Origin: Neocallimastix sp. 'constans'
Taxonomy: Eukaryota
NCBI GenBank assembly: GCA_050613775.1
Contig: JBODTK010000100.1
Location: forward strand, 434,001-498,000
Direction of reading: 5' to 3'
Length of the DNA stretch: 64,000 nucleotides
The notes under the pieces are model-generated. The model was given only the letters and a program-made list of their open reading frames with translations. It was not told the origin of the DNA and searched no databases. Below are positions 50,882 through 63,100 of this stretch, in pieces. Position 1 is the stretch's first letter. Every line of letters starts with the position of its first letter. The position numbers and the translations under genes were made by a program.

Positions 50882-52105
50882 ATGCCTAAAATTGGCCTAA
50901 GACGCTCGGGAATGTATTCAGCTAGATCGGATGAAGAAATGGATATGAATAAAGAAGACTCAGTACAACAATTGCGATCCGAAGCCACCCAAGCTTGTAC
51001 CACCTTAGCAGAAGGTGTTCAACAGTTAAGAAATGATACCTCACAAGCTTGTAATAGTATAGTTTCTGGGGTGAATGAAAACTTCGTTTCCAAAGAAGAC
51101 TTACAAAATTACCATCAAGAGGTAATGAAACAATTCGGAGCTTATGATAAAATGAATAATGAAATATTGGCCTCTTTAGAATCTTTGAAGAAGGCTACCC
51201 TCTACTTTAAGCATGAATTATGTAATAAAACTCAAGTAGAAAATACTTCTTCTGGTGCTACCTCGTCGATACCGTTGACATCTGGAAATCCTACGGTAAA
51301 CCTCCATTCTGTTTTCGATGATAATATCTCAACTACTACAAGATATGACAATGATCATGATGTTATCATGCAATCTGCTTACCCTATTAATATTCCTCAA
51401 GTTCCCGATCCAGGTTTGTTTTCAGGTGATATTTCTGAAACCGAACTTTTCTGTCAACTGTGTGGGGACACATTTAAAACCTATCCATGTAAGTCTTGGC
51501 CTGAAGATTCGAAAATCAACTTTGTGCAATCAAGATTAAGAGAAGCTGCTAGAAGTTGGTACCAAACAAAATATTCCAGTAGTTCTCCTGCTTCCCTAGA
51601 GGCTCTTCTTAATGAATTAAAAGAAGCTTTTCCTGATGTTGTCAGCAAAAAGTTAAAGAAAATTAATTTAATAAATCTTAAACATTCTCATGGTAATATT
51701 AAGGACTATATCGATTCTTTCCGTAAACTAACAGCTGATCTTGGTTGGCCTGAAGAACCATTAGTATTATTTTTCTATAATGGTCTTCATCCAAAATTTA
51801 AAGAAGAAATTAATAAAATGGAGAAGTTTCCAGAGAAAATAGAAGAAATTACAACAAAGTGCATATTGTTTGAATCTTCTCAAGAAACTAAATTAAAGAT
51901 AAATCAATTAACCAGCAATAAAAATTATAAGAGAAAGAACTCTCATTCTTATCCCAATAGTGAAAACAAGAATAAGAATAATAACAATTATTACAATCAT
52001 AGTAAAAATAATAACTTCCATAATAATAAATCTAAGGTTAATTCCAGTTACAACATCCGAGAAAATTATGTTACCGAAGTCCAAAAAATTAACTCAAAAA
52101 ACTAG
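50882..52105 (+). CDS. gag: Gag (retrotransposon gag domain, no zinc knuckle)
   Basis: 407 aa; PDPGLFSG..KINFVQSRLREAARSWY..IKDYIDSFRKL..LGW..FYNGL, typical of Tf/sushi-type Gag. Confidence 0.92.
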   Translation: MPKIGLRRSGMYSARSDEEMDMNKEDSVQQLRSEATQACTTLAEGVQQLRNDTSQACNSIVSGVNENFVSKEDLQNYHQEVMKQFGAYDKMNNEILASLESLKKATLYFKHELCNKTQVENTSSGATSSIPLTSGNPTVNLHSVFDDNISTTTRYDNDHDVIMQSAYPINIPQVPDPGLFSGDISETELFCQLCGDTFKTYPCKSWPEDSKINFVQSRLREAARSWYQTKYSSSSPASLEALLNELKEAFPDVVSKKLKKINLINLKHSHGNIKDYIDSFRKLTADLGWPEEPLVLFFYNGLHPKFKEEINKMEKFPEKIEEITTKCILFESSQETKLKINQLTSNKNYKRKNSHSYPNSENKNKNNNNYYNHSKNNNFHNNKSKVNSSYNIRENYVTEVQKINSKN

Positions 52106-55100
52106 ATAATGGACTTCCCAAGAAGTCCTCTCCGATTAAAACTATTCAATATAATTATCCAACTTTAAACCCTCCTCTTCCTAATTCTTTCTTTTTGTTT
52201 AAATCATTTATCCCAACAATAAACAAAAGGAACAAAAACATTAAATTACAAACCAAATCAATGTTAGATTGTGGTTCTTACTGCAATTTTATTTCTACCA
52301 ATTTAATCTCTCGGTTAAATCTTGTACCTCAAAAACTTAATAATAAAATATATATAAAAGGTATTAGTGGTGATACAGATTCCATTAATGAATTTGTGTC
52401 TTTAAATTTTCAACTAAAAATCAAAATTAACAATACGTTTCATTTAATCAAATTTAAAGAAAAATTCCTTGTGTCAAAACATATTCCAGTGGATTTACTC
52501 CTTGGAAATCAATTTATGAAAAACTATAAAATACATTTTAGTTATGATAATCATTATCTTTACTCTACTTTTAAAATCTCAAAATTTAAATCAAGAATTA
52601 TAAAGAATTTTAAACAAAATGCGAATTCAATTAATTTTTATGAAGGATTACCCTATAATTACAACTTTTTAATCTATTCTTTTCTTTCAAATAAGGTATC
52701 AGAGGATTCTGAAGAACCTGATATTGAGCGTATTCCTGAACAGTATAAAGACCTTGCAATAGTCTTCAGTAAAAAGGAAGCAGATAAGCTTCCTCCCCAT
52801 CGTTTAACGGACTGTGAGATCAATCTTCAACCAGGTGCTACTTTACATTATGGACCAATCTACCCGCTTACATTGGAAGAATCAGAAGTTTTAAAAGATT
52901 ACATAAAGGAAAACGAAAAGAAAGGATTTATTAGAGAATCTCACTCCCCAGCCGGCTATCCTGTTCTCTTTCAAAAAAAGAGTGATGGTTCTCTCCGACT
53001 CTGCGTTGACTACAAACGTTTAAATGCGGTTACTATTAGAAATTCCTATCCTTTACCGCTCATCAACGACATTATTGAACGAGTCAAAGGAGCCAAGTAC
53101 TTTACTAAATTGGACTTGCGCTCCGCATATAATTTAATTCGTATAAAGGAAGGCGATGAATATAAAACAGCTTTCCGTACTAAGTATGGACATTACGAAT
53201 ATTTAGTAATGCCATTTGGTCTTAAAAATGCACCTGCAATCTTCCAATCTTTTATTAACTCTGTCCTTCGTCCATTCTTAGAGAAATCGGTAATACTCTA
53301 CCTAGATGACATTCTAATTTATTCTAATTCATTAGATGATCATCATCAAACTGTACGTGAGGTTCTCAAAAAGCTTATTGACAATAATTTATATGCTAAA
53401 CTTTCGAAATGTGAATTCGATAAAGAGGAAGTCGAATTCCTTGGACATATCATTTCTGGTTCTGGTGTGTCCACTGATCCAAAGAAGATCAAATCAATCA
53501 AAGAATGGCCCATTCCAAAAAACGTAAAAGAGGTTCAAAGGTTTCTTGGTCTTTGCAATTACTATAGAAGATTCGTAAGGAATTTTGCTGCTATTGCTAA
53601 ACCTTTGCATGCTTTAACCAAGAAAGGAAGGAAGTTTGTTTGGTCTAAAGATTGTGATACCTCCTTCTCAATTCTCAAAAAACGTTTAACTTCTTCCCCT
53701 CTCCTCATGCATCCTGACTTAACAAAACCTTTTATTGTTGAGTGCGATGCTAGTAACTTTGCTATTGGAGCAGTTCTTTCCCAGTATGATAATGATAATA
53801 AGCTTCATCCTATTGCTTATTTTTCTCGTAGTCTTAACAATGCCGAAATAAACTATTCGATTACCGATAAGGAACTTTTATCAATTAAAGAAGCTTTCTC
53901 ATCATGGCGTCACCTTTTGTTAGGTGCTAAATTCAAGATTAAAGTTTTTACTGACCATAGAAATCTTCTATATACCCTTGGAGGGAAGATAGGTAATCAA
54001 CGTCAACATCGTTGGCATCTATTCTTCCAAGAATACGACTTTGAACTTATCTATCGCCAAGGTAAAAAGAATGGCAAACCCGATTCGTTATCCAGAAGAC
54101 CAGACTACCAAAAGGAAGATATAGAGGATAAACCTGAGTTTATCTTAGACAGTAAGAATATTGGTAAAATCCCATGTTTAATTAGTATAACTAACGATCT
54201 TCTCAATAATATTAAAATAAACTTAAAGAATGATAAGGTTGCTGAGGATCTTCGTATATATTTTTCTGAAAATAATGTCTCTCAAGGTTTCCCTTATAAA
54301 CCATTTCGCAAAATGAATAAGTTTAAATTAGAAAATGATTTAATATTCTACAACAATCTTATTTACATACCAGATCAACTTCGTTTAGATATTTTAACTC
54401 GTTATCATGAGAAACCTGCTGCGGGTCATTTTGGTGTCAAAAGAACTTTGGAGTTGATCTCAAGAAACTTTTGGTGGCCCAAGATGGAAGATGATGTTAA
54501 GAATTTTGTAAAGTCGTGTGAAACATGTATGAGAAACAAAAAATCTAGGCACCGAAAATTTGGGTTACTTCAACCGCTTGACGTTCCAGAAAGACCTTGG
54601 AAATCAATCGAAATTGATTTCTTATGTGGTCTTCCACCATCCAAAGGTAATACGGTGATTATGGTTGTAGTTGATAGATTTTCAAAAATGATACACCTTA
54701 TTCCCTTCAAAGATATTCCAAATTCCGTACAAACAGCCAAAGCTTTTATCAATAATATCTATAAGCTCCATGGTCTACCCTATGATATTATTACGGATAG
54801 AGGTTCACAGTTTACGAGTGAACTTTGGCAAGAATTTCTATTCTTATTAAATATTAAATCGAAAATAGCTACTACTGACCACCATGAAACCGTAGGTCAA
54901 GTTGAACGATGCAATTCTTTCATCGAACAATACCTTCGCTGCTTCTCAAGATCTTTCTATCATGATGATTGGGTTGATTTTCTTCCACTTGCTGAATTTG
55001 CTTATAACAACTCAATTCATCCTTCCACTAACGAAACTCCCTTTTTTATCAACTATGGATTTCATCCTTACATGGATGAATATACACTACTCCCTACTTG

Positions 55101-55665
55101 TAACATTAATCATAAAATGGTTCAAAAAGTTTATGAAAGTTTTAACCATGTTAAAGAAGTTCTTCTCCGATCCCAAGAGCTATATAAACGTTCTGCTGAT
55201 AGAAAAAGAATTACCGCTCCTTCTTACAACATTGACGATTTGGTGTGGATTCAAGCTCCCCCTTCGTTAAATATAGAATCAAGCTCAAAACTAGCTCCAT
55301 GCAAATTTGGTCCATACAAAGTAACCAATGTTTTACATAATAATAATTATGAAATTGAACTTAAAAATTCACCCTTTCCTAAGCATCATAACGTTTTCCA
55401 CGTCTCTGAACTCGAACCATTCACACCAGTGCCTGAAAAGTTTAGAAAACGATATAAAGATCCTGAGTCTATTAAGGATATTATTGAAATTGCGGGTTTT
55501 AGAACTAACTATAAGAAGAAACAATACGAATATAAAATCCGTTATAAATATCGTTCCTCCTATAATTGGGTATCTTCTTCTGAAGTTGAAGATAATCCAA
55601 GAAACCAAAATATTTTTATTAAATACATTAATAATAATAGGAAACCAGTCTCGATCTCATATAGT

Positions 55666-55671
<6 letters not shown>
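52096..55671 (+). CDS. pol: Pol (protease, RT, RNase H, integrase, chromodomain-like C-terminus), reached by -1 frameshift
   Basis: LDCGS, LCVDYKRLN, YLDD, ECDASNFAIG, HHCC, DDE core, GPY, and C-terminal IIEIAGFR..QYEYKIRYKY..YNWV; frame open from the slippery site at 52096. Confidence 0.95.
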
Positions 55672-55713
<42 letters not shown>

Positions 55714-57520
55714 TCTTTAAAAATATATTCAACACAATTTATTTCTCCAACTAATTTGAAATTCACATGGCCAATTGAACATTTATGTTCAAGTGAATTT
55801 CAAATACTTCTTGAGTACTCTTTTGTATAAACTAATATCAAAAATATTAGTATTCTTGAATTCGCCTGGAATGCGAATTCTTGGAGAGAGCGTTGTCAAG
55901 GATTTGATACAAATTAATTTATATTTAATACCACAAAAATAACAATTTAATTATAAATATAATTTGTACTCCTTAAATCCTTGTACCGTTCATAACCAAA
56001 TTAATATTGTATTACATATTAATTAATATTATCCCTTTTATACATTATTGAACCCCTAATATATTAATTGATTAATATTGTATTACATATTAATTAACAT
56101 TATCCCTTTTTATATTAATTAATATAGTTGAATATTATTTATAAAAATTGTTTTTTATTAATTATATTATTTTATATATTTTTATTATCTTATATTATAT
56201 ATGTATTATTCTATTACTTTATATATTAAAATTATATTTTATATTGTTATCTTTAAATTAGTATTTATTAAAATATATTATTAAATATTTTATATTGTTT
56301 TTCAAAATATAAAAGAACTAAAAAATATTCTTTTTTAAATCTTTGTAAGATTATTATTTACAAATAATCTGATAACTTTATAATAAAACATATTAAATAA
56401 AAATATAGTTAATTAAAAGTTTAATAATAAAATAATATTTTATATTTGAATAAATCAATTTATAAAATAAAATAATATCAAAAGGTTATTAGATTAAAGG
56501 CTTCCAACCAAGTTTACCCTTTAATCTAAGTACCAACTTAACATTACTAAATTGTACTTTCCTATATTCTTAATAACCTAAACTTAATAATAAAATTTAA
56601 TTTATTTTGATATAAATTAATTTTAACTTGTAAATAATGTAAATAAATTTTAATTAATTATTTTATTGTTATATTATTAAATATATGTATATATTAAAAT
56701 ACAATTGTAAATATTAAAATTATACTTTTAAGATACTAAATTATTAAAACTATTAATTAAATATTATTATAAAAATTATTATAAAATTATTAAAATTATT
56801 AATTAAATATTATTCTAAAAATTATTATAAATTATTAATATTATAAAATTATTAAAATTATTAAATATTATTATAAAAATTTATATATTATAACTATTAA
56901 ATATTATTATAAAATTATTAAGATTATTAATTAAATTTATTATTAAAAATTATTATTAAAAATTTTTACTTATTATAAAAATTATTATTTAAATATTATC
57001 AAATTTATTAATTAAATATTATAAAAATTTTATTTTATTTTGAAAATAATTACAAGTATTATTTAAAATAATTAAAGATTATTAAATTTATTATATTAAT
57101 CTTTAAAAACAATTTATTTAACTTAAAAATATCACGGAAAATAGTAAAAACTATTTTCTATATATTTATTTTATAATTATTTTTAATTAAATTATATTTG
57201 AATATTATATTATTATATTTATAAAAATTAAAACAAAAATGAATTATTGATATAAAATTAATTCAATAATTCTATAAAATTACTTAAATTATAAACAATT
57301 AATTATACTTTAAATTTATAAAAAAATATAAATATTGTAACAATTTCTTAAAAATTAAATATGTGTACTTTAAAAAAAAAAACTTTTATATTAATAAAAA
57401 AAATATAAATAACTTTTAATAAAGAAATAATTTTTTTTATTTAAAATCAAAGCAGGGTAATACCCGTCCCCCCCTGCTTGATTTTAAATATCTAAGTGTC
57501 AACCCCGAGTCTACCAAAAT

Positions 57521-57538
57521 TGGTGGAGATATCGGGGA
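57521..57538 (+). promoter_or_regulatory. Primer binding site, tRNA-Ala
   Basis: TGGTGGAGATATCGGGGA, complementary to a tRNA-Ala 3' end (..TCCCCG...TCTCCACCA), 4 nt after the LTR end TACCA. Confidence 0.82.
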
Positions 57539-57630
57539 AGAAGAAGAAGAAGAAGAAGAAGAAGTAGAAGAAGAAGAAGAAGAAGAAGAAGTAGAAGAAG
57601 TAGAAGTAGAAGAAGAAGAAGAAGAAGAAG

Positions 57631-57662
<32 letters not shown>

Positions 57663-58030
57663 GAAGAAGAAGAAGAAGTAGACCAAGTGGAAGAAGACCA
57701 AGAAGTAGACAAGTGGAAGAAGACCAAGAAAAAGAAGACCAAGAAGTAGACAAGTGGAAGAAGACCAAGAAAAAGAAGACCAAGAAGAAAACCAAGAAGA
57801 AGACCAAGAAGAAGACCAAGAAGAGGACCAAGAAGAAGACCAAGAAGAAGACCAAGAAGAAGACCAAGAAGAAGACCAAGAAGAAGACCAAGAAGAAGAC
57901 CAAGAAGAAGACCAAGAAGAAGACCAAGAAGAAGACCAAGAAGAAGACCAAGAAGAAGAGACCAAGAAGGAGAGACCAAGAAGGAGAAGACCAAGAAGGA
58001 GAAGACCAAGAAGGAGAAGACCAAGAAGGA
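57537..58030. repeat. Purine-rich (GAA)n / (GAAGAAGACCAA)n tandem repeat in the 5' leader
   Basis: Direct reading of the sequence. Confidence 0.9.
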
Positions 58031-58124
58031 AATTGGAACTACTAGGACTTATATTTTTTTTTGGAATTATGAGAATAATTTTTTTTTTAAATTAAATTTA
58101 ATAGAATTAAATTAAATTAAATTA

Positions 58125-58175
<51 letters not shown>

Positions 58176-58750
58176 CACACTTTTACAATCATCATCATCA
58201 AAATTTTTTTTTTATTGTTATCGGTTTTTGTGTTGTTGTTGTGGTTGGTGTTGTTGTTGTGATTGTTGTTGTGGTAGTAATAAAAATTAACATCAGTTTT
58301 ATTTGGTCTTCGCGTGCTCCAAATAAAACTATATACTGAGTGTACTGCGTACTAAGCAGTTATAGATAATTCTATAATTGCGAGTGGTTTAATCAGGTGT
58401 CTGGAGAGGGGCCGGTTACTAACTAATCGAACCCCGATTAGATATAGCGGTAAATACTATTGGGAAGCAGAAATTACCCTATAGATCACCCATTATACGT
58501 TCAACACGGTTTGGGTGCTCCTCCACTTGACTCAGGCAAATTCACTTAGTATACCGAAATACTAAGGTCCCTCTGCGTGGTCGGCAGTTGTAATAGATAG
58601 CGGTTTTTCAAGTTGTATTAGGTTTGTTAATTTACCTTGTTTTTAATTAAGTTTATTTGTTTTTTTTTAAGTTGTAATTATATAAACTTAATAATAATTG
58701 TAATTGTAATTGTAATTGTAAATATTGTAATAATAACCGATAACAAATAA

Positions 58751-58806
<56 letters not shown>

Positions 58807-59182
58807 TTAATTTTTGTGTTTTTAAATATTTTTAATTGCTATATTAATAAATTTTTTTTGTAAATAATTGTATATATTTTTTTTTATTTAAGTAAAGATA
58901 AACGAAAGGGGTTATTAGCTTGAAAGAATAGTGAACACTCCAACTAGTTTATTAATTTATATTTATTCTAGTGTCCAGGAGGGGGAGTACGGGTGTATAT
59001 AGCAAAATTAAATATACACTAGCCGGAAACGTCTCACTAGAGATATAAATTACTTAAATATATAATTTTAATTGTAAATAAATAAATAAATAAATAAAAA
59101 TATAGCAATTAAATAATTAATAAAACAATTTTTTTATTTTATTTTTTTTTTAAAAGTGTGTTTTTTTTTTTTTTTTTTTAAA

Positions 59183-59413
59183 ATGAGTACAATTAATTTT
59201 AAAGATTTAAAAAAGGAACTTAAGGATATTGAAAAAAATATCCAAAGAAAATTTAGATGTTAAAACTTGGAAGTCTGATTTAGAGCTTTGGATAAAGCTT
59301 GAACATGTTGAAGACTCCAAGATTATATTTTATGCCTGTGTTTTAACCTCAATTGGTGAAACCAGGAAAGTCATCCAAGAATTAATGGATGATAATAATA
59401 AAGATGATGATAG

Positions 59414-59465
<52 letters not shown>

Positions 59466-60149
59466 AATTATAAGGATATTAATGATGAAGATGAGGATGA
59501 TGATAATGAAGAAGATAAAGAAATTGATAAAAAGAATAAAGCTTATCCTTCCCTTAATAGAATTGTAAAAGCTATAGAAGAATTTTATGGCATTAGGGAG
59601 GATCAAAATAATTTATTAAGAGAGCTACGTGCTCTAAGAATTAAGAGGAATGAAAGAATCAAAGATTTTAATATTAAGTATAAAACTTTATATTTAAAAT
59701 TAAATAAAAAGAAAAGAAGTCAGATAAGTGTTTTAGATTACACAGACTCCATTGAAAACAATGTTGAAGCCTGGAAACGTCTAACCTTATTTGATAACAT
59801 TTCTCTGTCAAAAGCCTTTAAAATTGCTGAAAAAGCAGATAGGTTAAATTATATGGGTAGTAATCAAAGAAGACATCCTTCTACCCCTTTACCTTCTGCA
59901 AATACATCTTCTTTTAGTAATAGAGTTAATTTTCATCCTCCTATTAAAAATAAATTAGAACAAAAAGTTAATATTAAACCTAAAGAAGATAATGACATAG
60001 AGGAATTAACAAGAAAAATGAGAAGTTTAACAATAAAGGCTTGTTATTTCTGTAAAGAACCAGGTCATTATCAAAACAATTGCCCAAAGTTGAGAGCAAT
60101 TGTTGAGAAAAATAGGAAGGAAATTAGAAACAATAAACGTTTAAATTGA
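59183..60149 (+). CDS. gag: Gag with poly-Asp tract and CCHC knuckle; one extra A in the A-run at ~59232-59238
   Basis: ATG 59183 is out of frame with ORF 59229-60149 by one base; CYFCKEPGHYQNNC. Confidence 0.85.
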
Positions 60150-63100
60150 GTAATGGGATAAGAAGCTCTCCCATACTTAATAAAGCAGCTTCACTTAAAT
60201 ATCAAAAAGAAATTAAAAATTCTCGTCTTTCTAATATTGAAGAAACTCCTGCTAATAAAAGGGTGGTTAATAAAAAGAAAGTTGATTATTTAGTAGGAGC
60301 ATCTAAACGTAAAATTTATGATGTTAATAATGATGAAGGTAGTGCAGAGAAAAGGATTCATAAGTCGTTGAAGGAGAATCCTAAACCTATAATAACTCCT
60401 GCATTACGAAAACAGAAAGAACGAGAAGTAAAAGAAAATAATATAAGTAATAAAATTGTTAAACAAATTAAACCATCTATTCTAGCTCAACCACGAATTG
60501 AAAAAGAAAAAGAGATTGAAAGACAAATTCGTGATAATGAAAGAGCTAGTAATAGTAATACTAATTATAGTAATAATAATAGTAATGATAATAGTAATGA
60601 TAATATTAATAATAATTCATTAGTGAATGATGAAGTTATTATAAATAATGTAAATAATGATAAAAGAAAGAATAAAAATTTAATGAAAGTAAATAATGAT
60701 AATAATAAAAGTATTGTGAAGGAGAATAATAAAGTAATTGATTTAACAAAGGTGTTAATTAGTAAAGATAAAGATACTCAAAAAGAAAATAAAAGTTCTA
60801 GAGTATCTAGGAAAATTAAGATGCAATCGGGGGAAGAAGAATATGATATTCTTAAAGATTTAAATTCTGCCCATTGCAATATTACTTTTGGACAGTTATT
60901 GGATGCTGCTCCAAAATTAAGATATAAGGTGTCACAGGGTATTAAATTGGATAGGGACCAATCTAATATCTCTGGGGTGTTGGATAATGTGTCAGCCACG
61001 ACTGTGGTCGTTAATAACATAGACCACACTTATAAAAGTAAAGGTAACGAACCATGTGAAGAGGATATTGCCATGGTTGATGTTACAGTTGAAGGTGTTT
61101 CGGGGAAGGCTTTAATTGATTCATGTAGTAATTTAAGTATAATTACTCAACAATTTTTAGATAAGCTTCCGTCCGAATATGAACCTATTGATATTAGTCG
61201 TGGCAGAATTAGATTGGCAACTAAGAATGATGATTACTCGGAAGGTTATATCATTCGGGTGCCAGTAAAGATTAATAATCTTGTATTAATGGTTAATTGT
61301 AGAATAGTAGAAAAGGAGGATCCTTTTTACGATATTCTAATTAACTTAAAAACCCAAATTGATTATAATTTGTTTATCCACCCCATTTTATATAGTTTGT
61401 GTCAAATTACTCCTGAGGGAGTAATTGACGTTATTGCACCTATTAATAATGATTATGAAGATGAAGAAAAGTTGTTGTGTATGATTAAGGCTTTGGATGA
61501 GGATTCCAAAAAGAATGATTTAAAGAAAATTGAAGGATTATCCCCAAAGCAATATATTCATCATGAAATTTTCCTAAATACTTTAAACGAAAAATATAAA
61601 GATGAAATAATTAAAATTCTGGAGGAGAACTTAGAAATAGTTGCTACTTCTTCAGAAGAATTAACACCTTCTGATCTTCCTCCACATAAGATTAATTTAA
61701 TTCCTGGTGCGAAACCAGTTAAGCAAAGGTGCTATAGATTAGTTAAATTTAAGTCGGATATACTTAAGGAGGAATTAATTAAATTAATTAATAAGAAATT
61801 AATTGAACCTTCTTGTTCTGAATGGTCATCGCCAATAGTGTTAGTACCGAAGAAGAACGGTAAATGGCGATTATGTATTGATTATCGTAAGGTTAATGAT
61901 TTAACAGTTAAAGATTCTTATTCATTACCTTACATTGATGAGATATTTGATAGTTTAGATGGGGCACAGATTTTTACAACAATGGATCTTTACTCTGGTT
62001 ATCATCAAATTTTGATGGATGAGGAAAGCGTAGAAATTACCACCTTCACCACGAAATTTGGTAACTACCAATTCAAGGTTATGCCTTTTGGTTTAACCGG
62101 AGCCCCAGCTACATTTCAAAGGGAAATGAATAGGATTCTTTTCCCATTTATAGGAAAGTTTGTTTTTAACTTTATAGATGATATTTTAATATACTCTAAG
62201 AGTATAAAAGAACACATAAGCCACATTAGGCAAGTGTTGGAAGTATTTCGCCAACACAAATTGAAAATTAACATTGAAAAATGTGCCTTTATGCAGACTG
62301 AAGTAGAAGTCTTAGGTCATAAGGCATCAGTGAAATGTTTAAGTCCCCAGGATAGCAAAATTAAGGCTATCAAGGAGTGAGTAGCACCTGTTGATGTTCA
62401 TGAATTACGATCTTTTCTTGGAGCAGTAGGATATTATAGAAACTTTATTGATAAATATGCTCAAATCTCTGCTCCTTTATGTAAATTATTAAGAAAGAAT
62501 GTTAATTATAAATGGAATACTGAACATCAACAAAGTTTTGATCTGTTAAAAGAAAAATTAATAAATGCTCCAATTTTAAAATATCCAAGTTTTAATCAAA
62601 GGTTTATAATTAGAACGGATGCTTCCTATGAAGGTATTGGAGGAGTATTACTCAAGAAGATTTAGAAACCAAAAAGGAACATCCAGTTCATTATATAAGT
62701 AGAAGTTTAAGTAAAGCCGAGAAAAATTATGGCATTACTGACTTGGAAGGAGCTGCATTAATTTATTGTATTACTAAGTTGAAATCTTATATATTAGGAA
62801 ATCCTAATAAAACAGTAGTAATAACAGATCATAAACCTTTAATCAGTTTCTTTAAAAATAAGGAACCTAATAATGCTAGGCAAGCAAGGTGGTGCTTAAC
62901 TGTTAGTACCCTTGGTGTTGAAATTCAATATCAAATGGGTAAGAAAAATGTGTTAGCCGATGCATTATCTAGGATGAAGAAAAGAGATGATTCCATGGTA
63001 TTGGCAACTAAGTTAACTTCAAAGGAAGAAGAAGAGTTGCTTTCTAAAACTATTAAAGACTTTATAAATGAAAAATTTGTTACGATAGATGGTAAAGATT

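Larger units (their letters stand above)
50198..56543 (+). mobile_element. Full-length, apparently intact chromovirus-like gypsy element (family H), 650-bp LTRs, TSD TTACT
   Basis: LTRs 50198-50847 and 55894-56543 (one mismatch noticed); TTACT at 50193-50197 and 56544-56548; PPT GGAGAGAGCGT at 55883-55893; uninterrupted gag and pol. Confidence 0.97.

Noticed and set aside
57437..58095. Five overlapping ORFs in the GAA-rich repeat
   Set aside because: Stop-free by virtue of the repeat; lies in a retroelement leader, with no evidence for a protein.
58960..59045. Possible hammerhead ribozyme (stem followed by GAAAC)
   Set aside because: No CTGANGA core found on either strand; kept only as a generic structure.
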